DNA of 28,823 nt from a virus (lineage: Duplodnaviria; Caudoviricetes). Below, one piece after another: positions 7,229 to 15,908 of this stretch. The position numbers and the translations under genes were made by a program. The stretch's first letter is position 1. Every line of letters starts with the position of its first letter. Below the pieces are notes generated by a model. That model was not told the DNA's origin. It worked only from the letters and a program-made list of their open reading frames with translations, and did not search any database. Location of the stretch: positions 1-28,823 of the IMG/VR virus record IMGVR_UViG_3300005739_000450. One strand, 5' to 3'.

Positions 7229-9583
7229 ATGAACACAAATAATCACAAAGATATTTTTTCCAACATTTACGACAATTTTGGATTTGGTAGTAGAGAAAGT
7301 AGGTCGGGACCTGGTAGTGAATTACTCGAAACCGCTAAAATAAGAGAAAAAATTGTCAAACTTATAAAAGAAAAAAACATAAAGTCAGTTGTTGATATTC
7401 CATGCGGAGACTTCAATTGGATGAAAGAAATTGTAGACCATTTCGAATCATATGTTGGTGGAGATATAGTCCCCCAAGCCATAAAAATTAACAATGAAAT
7501 ATTTTCATCTGACCGAGTAAAATTTATTGAATTCGATTTAATAAACCAAGAAATACCAAAATGTGATTTATTAATTGTCAGAGATGTAATTGGACATCAA
7601 CCTTTGAGTGTTGGGTTGGAGATGGTAAAAAACATATTGAAAAGTGATTGCAAATATCTTTTATCAACATCTTGGTATAACTTATTTGATAGAAACTATC
7701 ATAAAAAGCATGAAAATAGAACCGTAGAATTTGGAAGATTTTACCCTGTTAATTTAATGTCTTACCCATTTAATTTTCCCGAACCAAATTTCATTATTGA
7801 AGAGGATGTTCAGGTAGAAGATTATCAAAATGGAAACAGAAAAATACTGGCTTTTTGGAATATGGATGAAATAAGAGAAAAATCCAAAGTTGACGAATTA
7901 AAAGTAAATAAATCAAACGTCACGTTGGTTACGGGTATTTGGGACATCGGGAGAAGTGATTTGACTGAAAGTTGGAAAAGACCTTATCAACACTACTTAG
8001 ATAAATTCAAAATGCTTTTGGATGTGCCTGAAAATATGATAATTTTTGGAGAAGAAACATTGAGAGAATTTGTATTTCAGGTTAGAAATCCCATGAATAC
8101 TCAGTTCATCGTAAGAAGTTTAGATTGGTTTCGTAACAACGAGTTTTTTGAAAAAATACAAACAATCAGGAATAACCCTGATTGGTTCAATCAAGTTGGT
8201 TGGTTGAAAGACTCGACTCAATCCAAACTTGAAAACTACAATCCATTAGTAATGTCTAAAGTTTTTTTACTGCACGATGCGAAACTTTTGGACAAATTCG
8301 ATTCTGAATATCTTTTTTGGATTGATGGTGGTCTAACAAATACTGTTCATCCAGGATACTTTACTCATGATAAAGTATTCGAAAAACTTCCTAAGTATAT
8401 CGACAAATTTTCTTTTGTGTGTTTCCCTTATGAAACCACATCTGAGATTCATGGATTTGAAATTAATCATTTGAATAATTTGGCTGGTGAAAGAGTCAAC
8501 AAAGTTGCCAGAGGGGGTTTTTTCGGGGGACCTAAGTCATCAATCCCTGAAATAAATTCAATCTATTACAACCTATTACTGAATACTTTATCCGATGGAT
8601 ACATGGGAACTGAAGAATCAATTTTCAGTATCATGTCTTATAAACATTCTAACTTAATAAATTACTTTGAAATTGAAGGTAATGGTTTGTTGGGTAAATT
8701 TTTTGAAGATTTGAAAGATGACAATTTGATTGTTAAGTCAAATTGTCCAGTTGTTTTGAACTTGGATTCAAACAAAGTTGCACTTTATGTGATTACTTTT
8801 AATAGTCCCAAACAATTTGAAACTTTGATTGATTCAATGATGTTATATGATAGAGATTTCCTATTGAAACCTGAAAAATTTCTCCTAAATAATTCTACCG
8901 ATTCTTCATACAAGGAAGAGTATGATAGGTTATGTAAATTGTATGATTTTGAACATATAATCCCTTCAGAAGGTAACTTGGGAATCTGTGGTGGTAGGCA
9001 ATTTATTGCTGAACATTTCCAAGGAACCGACAATGATTTTATGTTCTTTTTTGAAGATGACATGTTTTTTTACAATGGAGAAGAAAAAATTTGTAAAAAT
9101 GGGTTCAATAGATATGTAAAAAACATTTACAACAAATCTCTCAATATATGTAAAAACGAAAATTTCGACTTTCTCAAATTAAATTATACTGAGTTTTTCG
9201 GAGACAATGGAACACAATGGTCCTGGTATAATGTACCACAACATATAAGAGAACAATATTGGCCAGGAAAAAATAGATTACCACAAATCGGGTTGGACCC
9301 TAACGCTCCGAAAACCCAATTCAAAAATATATCGTCGTATGACGGTATCCCTTATGTGAGTGGGGAAATTTATTATTGTAATTGGCCTCAAATTGTAACC
9401 AAAGAGGGTAACAAAAAAATGTTTTTGGATACAACTTGGGCACATCCTTTCGAACAAACTTGGATGAGTCATATGTATCAATTAGTGAGAAAAAATGAAT
9501 TAAATCCTGGTTTATTACTAATGACCCCAACATCTCACGACAGATTCGAACATTACGATTCTAAATTACGTAAAGAGTCATAA
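7229..9583 (+). CDS. Three-domain fusion: SAM methyltransferase + HtrL/YibB-like domain + GT-A glycosyltransferase
   Basis: N-term SGPGS...VVDIPCGDFNWM; middle VTLVTGIWDIGR...NMIIF...FWIDGG...GGFFGG...TEES; C-term LYVITFN...NLGICGGR...FFFEDD. Confidence 0.7.
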   Translation: MNTNNHKDIFSNIYDNFGFGSRESRSGPGSELLETAKIREKIVKLIKEKNIKSVVDIPCGDFNWMKEIVDHFESYVGGDIVPQAIKINNEIFSSDRVKFIEFDLINQEIPKCDLLIVRDVIGHQPLSVGLEMVKNILKSDCKYLLSTSWYNLFDRNYHKKHENRTVEFGRFYPVNLMSYPFNFPEPNFIIEEDVQVEDYQNGNRKILAFWNMDEIREKSKVDELKVNKSNVTLVTGIWDIGRSDLTESWKRPYQHYLDKFKMLLDVPENMIIFGEETLREFVFQVRNPMNTQFIVRSLDWFRNNEFFEKIQTIRNNPDWFNQVGWLKDSTQSKLENYNPLVMSKVFLLHDAKLLDKFDSEYLFWIDGGLTNTVHPGYFTHDKVFEKLPKYIDKFSFVCFPYETTSEIHGFEINHLNNLAGERVNKVARGGFFGGPKSSIPEINSIYYNLLLNTLSDGYMGTEESIFSIMSYKHSNLINYFEIEGNGLLGKFFEDLKDDNLIVKSNCPVVLNLDSNKVALYVITFNSPKQFETLIDSMMLYDRDFLLKPEKFLLNNSTDSSYKEEYDRLCKLYDFEHIIPSEGNLGICGGRQFIAEHFQGTDNDFMFFFEDDMFFYNGEEKICKNGFNRYVKNIYNKSLNICKNENFDFLKLNYTEFFGDNGTQWSWYNVPQHIREQYWPGKNRLPQIGLDPNAPKTQFKNISSYDGIPYVSGEIYYCNWPQIVTKEGNKKMFLDTTWAHPFEQTWMSHMYQLVRKNELNPGLLLMTPTSHDRFEHYDSKLRKES

Positions 9584-9599
9584 CAATATATTTATTGTT

Positions 9600-9977
9600 A
9601 TGGAATTTTATATCAAAAAAAATGCTAACCTACCTCTGCTCAAAATGCAGGTTGTTAAAGATGGTAGAGCGGGTTATTTACAATTGATGGAGGATTTAGA
9701 AATATCCTCGATATACTTCTCAATGGTGGATGTTGAAACAGGTATTCCAAAAATAGTTTCGTCTCCTTGTTATATTGTTCCTTTGATTTTACCCCTCGGT
9801 GCCACACCAGAATACTACATATATTTCAGATTTACAGAAAGAGATACCAACACGCCAGGTAGATATGAAGGACAATTTTTGATAAAAAATGACGAGGGTA
9901 ATTTGATTCTACCAATTAGAGAACAACTTTTTATTAACGTTCAAGATAGTTTTATTTCTTTACAAGCTTGTTGTTAG
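9600..9977 (+). CDS. BppU-N-like Ig-fold structural protein
   Basis: FYIKKN..LP start and Y.F...DT..PGRYEGQF.I...LILP pattern; TATTTAT at 9589-9595. Confidence 0.55.
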   Translation: MEFYIKKNANLPLLKMQVVKDGRAGYLQLMEDLEISSIYFSMVDVETGIPKIVSSPCYIVPLILPLGATPEYYIYFRFTERDTNTPGRYEGQFLIKNDEGNLILPIREQLFINVQDSFISLQACC

Positions 9978-9979
9978 TT

Positions 9980-10010
9980 TTGACTGTATGGTCAATTTTA
10001 TTATATTTAT
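9980..10010 (+). promoter_or_regulatory. Sigma70-like promoter (TTGACT-N16-TATATT) overlapping a TTGAC-N6-GTCAA palindrome and TATTTAT
   Basis: TTGACT 9980-9985, TATATT 10002-10007, GTCAA 9991-9995, TATTTAT 10004-10010, upstream of polB. Confidence 0.5.
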
Positions 10011-10071
10011 CTACGAATGAGAAGGTGAATTTCACTTGATGTGAAAGCCAATAAACCACTCGTAAAATTAT

Positions 10072-12867
10072 ATGAATCTAACAGAAATTGAATCGTTCCT
10101 CCAAGGGAATGACCCAGAAGAATTTATAGTAGCAATCGAGTTTGACTACGTTTCCAATTCCATTTTCAAAATTAAAGAAATACCAAACAAAGGTAAAGAA
10201 ATTAGAAAAGACACATTTATCCCGTTTGCCTGGGTAGGTGACCTACGTGGTTTAAATTTCTACAACGATTCCAAGATGGCTCAAAAAGAGGCCATGACAA
10301 AATATGGGATTGTAATAGAAAAACTTGAAACCAAAGAAAATGAAAGATTAGAGAATGGTTTAACTTACATTGTTAAATCTCTCAAGGGGTACAGAGAACT
10401 AATACAATTCTTCCGTGATGGAGGATGTGACCCTTGGGGTGAAAAAACGAAAGATAAAATTCTTGTTCTACCCCCTGTTGAGCAATACCTTATATCAAAA
10501 GAAAAGAGATTATTTAAAGGCTTCGATGATTATGACCAAGTCACAAGACTTGTATTCGACTTAGAGACAAATGCTCTTGACCCCAAAGATGGTAGAATTT
10601 TTATGATTGGAATTAAAACCAACAAAGGGTATCATAGGGTTATAGAATGTTTGGACGAATCACAAGAAAAAGGGGCAATTATCGAGTTCTTCAAAGTGAT
10701 AGATGAGTTGAAACCTTCAATTATTGGTGGTTACAACTCAGCAAACTTCGATTGGCATTGGTTGTTTGAAAGAGCTCAAAGACTTGGAATTGACATGAGA
10801 AAAACAATCAAGTCTTTGCATCCCCAACATTCATATACAAGGAAAGACACAATCTTAAAACTTGCAAACGAGGTCGAAGATTTTCTTCAAACTTCAATTT
10901 GGGGGTATAATGTAATTGATATTATTCACGCAGTGCGAAGGGCTCAGGCAATCAATTCAAGTATCAAATCTGCTGGTCTGAAGTACATAACAAAATTCAT
11001 AGGGAAAGAAGCTCCCGACCGTGTTTATATTGAACACACTGATATTGGAAAATTATATTCGGCTAAAGAAGAATATTGGCTTAATATTCAAAATGGTAAG
11101 TACAAAAAGGTTGGTCAAGATGATACTGTAGATTTGGCTTGTAGTAAAAGACCTGACGTTTATTTGAAAACTACTGGTGACAATCTTGTTGAGAGATATC
11201 TTGATGATGACTTGGAAGAGACCTTGGCAGTAGATAAAGAATTTAATCAAGCGTCATTTTTACTTGCTTCAATGATTCCTACAACTTATGAGAGAGTTTC
11301 GACTATGGGTACTGCCACATTGTGGAAAATGTTGATGCTTGCTTGGTCATATAAACATGGATTAGCGATACCCGCTAAACAATCCAAGACAGACTTCGTA
11401 GGAGGTCTTTCTCGACTACTTAAGGTTGGGTATAGTAAGAATGTACTTAAGCTAGACTTCTCGTCTCTATACCCCTCTATTCAGCTTGTACATGATGTTT
11501 TTCCTGATTGTGATGTTACAGGTGCAATGAAGGGAATGTTAAAATATTTCCGTGATACACGTATCCGATATAAACAACTAGCTGAAGAGTTTGAAAAGTC
11601 TGACCCACAAAAATCTGCGTCATATTCTAACAAACAATTACCAATCAAAATATTCATCAACTCAATGTTCGGAGCCTTGTCTGCCCCACAAGTTTTTGCT
11701 TGGGGTGACATGTACATGGGAGAACAGATTACCTGTACAGGAAGACAGTATTTACGTCAGATGATTAAATTTTTCATGTCTCGTGGTTACACACCACTTG
11801 TGATGGACACGGATGGTGTCAATTTCTCAAGTCCTGAGGATGCCGAATCGCATAGATACATCGGTAGGGGTTTGAATTGGAAGGTCAAGGCCGGTAAAGT
11901 TTATACTGGTCCTGAAGCAGACGTTGCCGAATATAATGATATTTTCATGAGAGGTGAAATGGCACTTGATACCGATGGTGTTTGGCCATCATGTATAAAT
12001 CTTGCCAGGAAAAATTATGCTGTTATGGATGCGAAGGGTAAAATTAAATTGACTGGCAACTCAATCAAGTCGAAGAAATTACCTCTTTATATTGAAGAAT
12101 TTCTTGATATTGGAATCAAATTATTACTCAAAGGGGAAGGTCAATCTTTTATTGAATACTATTATGAGTATCTAAAAAAGATTTTTGACCAGCAAATTCC
12201 TTTATCTAAAATCGCCCAAAGAGCAAAGGTCAAACTAACGTTGGATGATTATAAAAAAAGACTAACTCAAAAAACTAAAGCTGGTAATAGTATGTCAAGA
12301 ATGGCACACATGGAACTTGCAATTCAAGAGGGTCTTAGTGTGAATTTGGGTGATGTTATTATGTACGTTAATAATGGTAATAAGGCGTCTCAGGGGGATG
12401 TTCAAAAACTTACAGCCAAACAAATTAAGGACATAAACTTAATGAACAAATCAAAAGACCCGAAAGCCAAAGAAATTTCAGATGGAGTCCAAGTTAATTG
12501 TTATATGCTCAACTCAAACATTTTGGAAACAAATCCAAATCTTACAGGCGAATATAATGTTCCAAGGGCAATTGCTACTTTCAATAAAAGGATTGAACCT
12601 CTTTTGGTTGTATTCAAACAAGAAATAAGAGAGGGTTTGTTGGTTACTGACCCTGAACAAAGAGGTATTTTTACAAAGGCTCAGTGTGAGCTTATCAATG
12701 GGGTTCCGTTCGATGAATCTGACCAAGATAAGTTACAAGAGGATGTTTTAGATTTGACCGAACAAGAATTGTCTTATTGGCAGAAAAGGGGTTTAAAACC
12801 TGATTACATGTATGAATTAGCTGAAAAAGATTGGGAAAATAAATTAAGATTGCTTGAGACCGTCTGA
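10072..12867 (+). CDS. polB: Family B DNA polymerase with 3'-5' exonuclease
   Basis: ExoI FDLET, ExoII YNSANFD, ExoIII YLDDD; polymerase motifs DFSSLYPS, KIFINSMFG, MDTDG. Confidence 0.95.
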   Translation: MNLTEIESFLQGNDPEEFIVAIEFDYVSNSIFKIKEIPNKGKEIRKDTFIPFAWVGDLRGLNFYNDSKMAQKEAMTKYGIVIEKLETKENERLENGLTYIVKSLKGYRELIQFFRDGGCDPWGEKTKDKILVLPPVEQYLISKEKRLFKGFDDYDQVTRLVFDLETNALDPKDGRIFMIGIKTNKGYHRVIECLDESQEKGAIIEFFKVIDELKPSIIGGYNSANFDWHWLFERAQRLGIDMRKTIKSLHPQHSYTRKDTILKLANEVEDFLQTSIWGYNVIDIIHAVRRAQAINSSIKSAGLKYITKFIGKEAPDRVYIEHTDIGKLYSAKEEYWLNIQNGKYKKVGQDDTVDLACSKRPDVYLKTTGDNLVERYLDDDLEETLAVDKEFNQASFLLASMIPTTYERVSTMGTATLWKMLMLAWSYKHGLAIPAKQSKTDFVGGLSRLLKVGYSKNVLKLDFSSLYPSIQLVHDVFPDCDVTGAMKGMLKYFRDTRIRYKQLAEEFEKSDPQKSASYSNKQLPIKIFINSMFGALSAPQVFAWGDMYMGEQITCTGRQYLRQMIKFFMSRGYTPLVMDTDGVNFSSPEDAESHRYIGRGLNWKVKAGKVYTGPEADVAEYNDIFMRGEMALDTDGVWPSCINLARKNYAVMDAKGKIKLTGNSIKSKKLPLYIEEFLDIGIKLLLKGEGQSFIEYYYEYLKKIFDQQIPLSKIAQRAKVKLTLDDYKKRLTQKTKAGNSMSRMAHMELAIQEGLSVNLGDVIMYVNNGNKASQGDVQKLTAKQIKDINLMNKSKDPKAKEISDGVQVNCYMLNSNILETNPNLTGEYNVPRAIATFNKRIEPLLVVFKQEIREGLLVTDPEQRGIFTKAQCELINGVPFDESDQDKLQEDVLDLTEQELSYWQKRGLKPDYMYELAEKDWENKLRLLETV

Positions 12868-13179
12868 TGACAGTATGTACCAATTGTCGATGACAAATCT
12901 GAATTCAACACAAGCGTACTTGTCCAAAAGAATTTCATCATAATCTTCATCGATTTTGCCAACATCAGGTTTTACTAAAACTCTTGTCATCGCTTTGACA
13001 ACAACATGGTCTGTACTTCTTGAATCCAAAACAATTTCAGATTCATCAATACCTCTAACTATCACACAAGCCTCTCCGTTTGTTTTGTAAAATGATTCGG
13101 ATACGGTAGAGACTTCTGAGGTTTTCAAAATCTTACCATTTATAATTCTTTCTGAAGGTATAGTTCTAACAACTGCCAT
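12844..13179 (-). CDS. Hypothetical protein, possibly structural
   Basis: 111 aa beta-rich ORF whose start overlaps the neck gene stop at 13179; 3' end overlaps the polB 3' end by 24 nt. Confidence 0.7.
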   Translation of the reverse strand: MAVVRTIPSERIINGKILKTSEVSTVSESFYKTNGEACVIVRGIDESEIVLDSRSTDHVVVKAMTRVLVKPDVGKIDEDYDEILLDKYACVEFRFVIDNWYILSSDGLKQS

Positions 13180-14306
13180 TATACAACGTAAATTTGTCTT
13201 GGGAACGCTCTGAATTTCATTTGTTTATTTAAATTTTCTGCTATTAGAGCTTCTCTTTCCATAACCTTTTCAGGTCTCAGTCTAGCCAACCAACCGTTTT
13301 CTCCAATCAACTCTTCTATTAATTTTGATTTTTCATCTTTGGCTTCAGTTTGAAGACTCTGATAATCCATAGTAATTTCCGAATCTGGGGTTTTGAGATT
13401 ACCACTAAACTTTCCACGTACCCTCGCTAAGGTCTCTTTACAATATGCGGTGAACCATCTTCTAACCCATTGTCTTCCTGGCACGTTTAAGTCCTCCCAA
13501 GTGAGTTCCTCTATAGGTACGTCTGTTGGTAATTTAATAATATCAGGATTTGCTTTCAAACAAGCCGCCCTATCTTCAGGTCCAACATCATAATACCAAT
13601 ACCAAACAGCTTTTCCAACATATAAACTATAATTACTCCAATTGAATCTACCTCCTGGTGTATTATATAAAAATATATTTCTTTTTCCATCGGGTAATGC
13701 TGTTATTCTATAGGTCAATGAACCGCCCAATATTCTATTTAAAATGTTGGCTTCTTGCATCCTGATGAGATAGTCAAAACCTGACATCATAAAATATGAA
13801 CCTTGATATCCCATTTGGGCGTAACCTGCTTCATTAGCACCTAAACCAATACCACCAAAACCGAATCCACCAACACCCCCGAGTCCAAATGCTGTCCATG
13901 GTTGATTTGAGAACCACAATAATTCATTAACTTCACGTCCTGCGGGTATTTCATAATTTTGAGTATTAGCACTCAAAATGAAATAATCTTTCTTTAAAAC
14001 CCACGGACCCATAGTTTGTAATCCTACAATTTTAGAATATGAGTATGAAAATTGTTGTTCGAAATCCATTGTCCTTGTTACTAAGGCTCTAGCAACGGAC
14101 CTTTCTGTCATATTCAAATTTACTAAATTCACCCACTGACTATCAATTAACCATTGTAAAACATACTCTTCGTAATCACCGATGGCTAATTCCATGAGTG
14201 AATCCATCATTTCATCTTCAAGTTCGACACTTCTTAGTGGTGCTCCCAAAAGATGTTTGATTCTCTTATAAATTTGACTTCTTTCTGGTTCTGGAATTAC
14301 TGGCAT
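13179..14306 (-). CDS. Neck/head-tail adaptor protein (T4 gp13-like)
   Basis: IK..LGAP...VEL...M..A N-terminus and WVRRWFTAYCKETLARVRGKF C-terminal block typical of myophage neck proteins; TATTTAT on the minus strand at 14312-14318. Confidence 0.7.
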   Translation of the reverse strand: MPVIPEPERSQIYKRIKHLLGAPLRSVELEDEMMDSLMELAIGDYEEYVLQWLIDSQWVNLVNLNMTERSVARALVTRTMDFEQQFSYSYSKIVGLQTMGPWVLKKDYFILSANTQNYEIPAGREVNELLWFSNQPWTAFGLGGVGGFGFGGIGLGANEAGYAQMGYQGSYFMMSGFDYLIRMQEANILNRILGGSLTYRITALPDGKRNIFLYNTPGGRFNWSNYSLYVGKAVWYWYYDVGPEDRAACLKANPDIIKLPTDVPIEELTWEDLNVPGRQWVRRWFTAYCKETLARVRGKFSGNLKTPDSEITMDYQSLQTEAKDEKSKLIEELIGENGWLARLRPEKVMEREALIAENLNKQMKFRAFPRQIYVV

Positions 14307-14324
14307 ATCATATAAATATTACCT

Positions 14325-15866
14325 TTATTCTATTTCGTGCAGAAGTGATTCTTTCTTGAATTTGTAGTTTTGTCCTGAACTTATCGGGTTGTTTTTGAAA
14401 ATTAAAACTTTCCCTTTCTTGGGGTCTCTGAATATCAACCAATCAACATGACTGTATTTTTCAACATTACCTGAATCTAAAACTGTTATAATGTCGTCGT
14501 CAATTTCCAAACCGTTATATGGTTTGACCTGTGATTTATATTTTTTTCCATCTAATACTACGACCATATCTATACCCTTGTAAGCATCTTGTTTCATTCC
14601 GTGACCGCTTGTCTTTTCAATTTTAACACTATCCTCGAAATAATCTTTTATTTTTTCTGCGGTTTTGTTCTCGGTTTTTTCGCCACGTTGCCATGTTTTA
14701 AGACCTACCTTAATAAGATTTATAAAGTCTTTATTAGATTTATCAAAAATCCTTTCTTTGAAAAAATTGACAGCTCTTATAAATCTGGCAACCTCCATTG
14801 GGTTTCTTTTTTTATCGTTTTTAAAATTAAAAACTTTTTCGGGTTGGTTTTTTTCCAAAATCATTTCATTCACAATTTTTTCCAATAGACAAAAAATATT
14901 GTAATTTGTGTTGAAATTATTTAAAACCGACCGACCCTCAATCGATTCAACTCCGTAAAAACCAGCCATTTCATCTTTGGTACTTTCTACCCAATGGTGT
15001 CCAAATATACTTTTCAATATTTCCAAAATTCCTTTTGAATAAATTTCTTTCATTTTGGAATTGTTGATTATTGATTGAAAATAAACAGATTCTGATTTGT
15101 CGCAAAAGTTGGCAAAATTACCTTTATTTATTTTATTTTGAAATTCAACAGATTCTAAAAGTTTCGTTTTCACTTTCATATCATATAATGATGAAACAAA
15201 ATCCCAATTTACAACATCCCAAAAATTTTTGATATACTCATCTCTTTTATTTTTGTATTTCAAATAATAAGCGTGTTCCCAAAGGTCCAACCCAAGTAGA
15301 GGGAAACCACCACCCTCTATAACGTTCATCAAAGGGTTATCCTGATTCGGGGTTGACATAATTTTTAAATTATTCTTACCGTTTAAAACCAACCAAACCC
15401 AACCAGAACCGAACCTATCCTTGGCAATCTGTTCAAATTTTTTCTTGAAATTTGTAAAGGTTCCGAATTCTTTTGAGATTTTATTATATAATTCCCCCTT
15501 CAATTTCATGGGTTTGGGAGATAACATATTCCAAAATAAAGCGTGATTGAATGCACCACCAGCGTTGTTTCTAATACCTTGGTCATAACGACTGATGTTT
15601 TTAATTATTTCTTCTAAATCTAAATCTCCCGATTTTTTCTTAGATAGAGCGTCATTCAATTTATCTACGTATCCCTTATAATGTTTATTATAATGGAAAT
15701 TCATAGTTTCTGCATCTATAAATTTTTTGAGGGCTGAATAAGAGTAAGGTAATTTTTCGATACCTATTTTTTTCATTTCTTTGATTAACAACTTTGTTTC
15801 ACTCTTTTTTTCTTCGGTGATTATTTTCTTTTCTAGTTGTTCTATTTTTTGTTCAATTAAGTCCAT
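14325..15866 (-). CDS. sod: Fe/Mn superoxide dismutase (Mn-type residues) fused to a C-terminal PD-(D/E)xK-like domain
   Basis: LPYSYSAL, HYNKHYKGY, NNAGGAFNH, FGSGWVWL, NQDNP and DLWEHAYY, followed by about 280 extra aa including RGEKTE...GIDMVV...SQVK. Confidence 0.9.
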   Translation of the reverse strand: MDLIEQKIEQLEKKIITEEKKSETKLLIKEMKKIGIEKLPYSYSALKKFIDAETMNFHYNKHYKGYVDKLNDALSKKKSGDLDLEEIIKNISRYDQGIRNNAGGAFNHALFWNMLSPKPMKLKGELYNKISKEFGTFTNFKKKFEQIAKDRFGSGWVWLVLNGKNNLKIMSTPNQDNPLMNVIEGGGFPLLGLDLWEHAYYLKYKNKRDEYIKNFWDVVNWDFVSSLYDMKVKTKLLESVEFQNKINKGNFANFCDKSESVYFQSIINNSKMKEIYSKGILEILKSIFGHHWVESTKDEMAGFYGVESIEGRSVLNNFNTNYNIFCLLEKIVNEMILEKNQPEKVFNFKNDKKRNPMEVARFIRAVNFFKERIFDKSNKDFINLIKVGLKTWQRGEKTENKTAEKIKDYFEDSVKIEKTSGHGMKQDAYKGIDMVVVLDGKKYKSQVKPYNGLEIDDDIITVLDSGNVEKYSHVDWLIFRDPKKGKVLIFKNNPISSGQNYKFKKESLLHEIE

Positions 15867-15870
15867 GTGA

Positions 15871-15900
15871 TTGAGTTATTGTTTTATATAAATAACTCAA
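15871..15900 (-). promoter_or_regulatory. Perfect 10-bp inverted repeat overlapping the TATTTAT motif just upstream of sod
   Basis: TTGAGTTATT (15871-15880) / AATAACTCAA (15891-15900); motif at 15888-15894; sod ATG at 15866. Confidence 0.65.
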
Positions 15901-15908
15901 AAATGTAA

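Noticed and set aside
2356-9583. GT/MTase cluster as a DNA hypermodification system
   Set aside because: The families resemble protein/glycan-acting enzymes and no base-modifying genes (thymidylate synthase-like, TET/JBP, DNA MTase motifs) are in the window. Disfavoured rather than excluded.
10072-12867. Intein or intron in the DNA polymerase
   Set aside because: The ORF is continuous, motif spacing looks normal, and no intein termini or LAGLIDADG motifs were seen.
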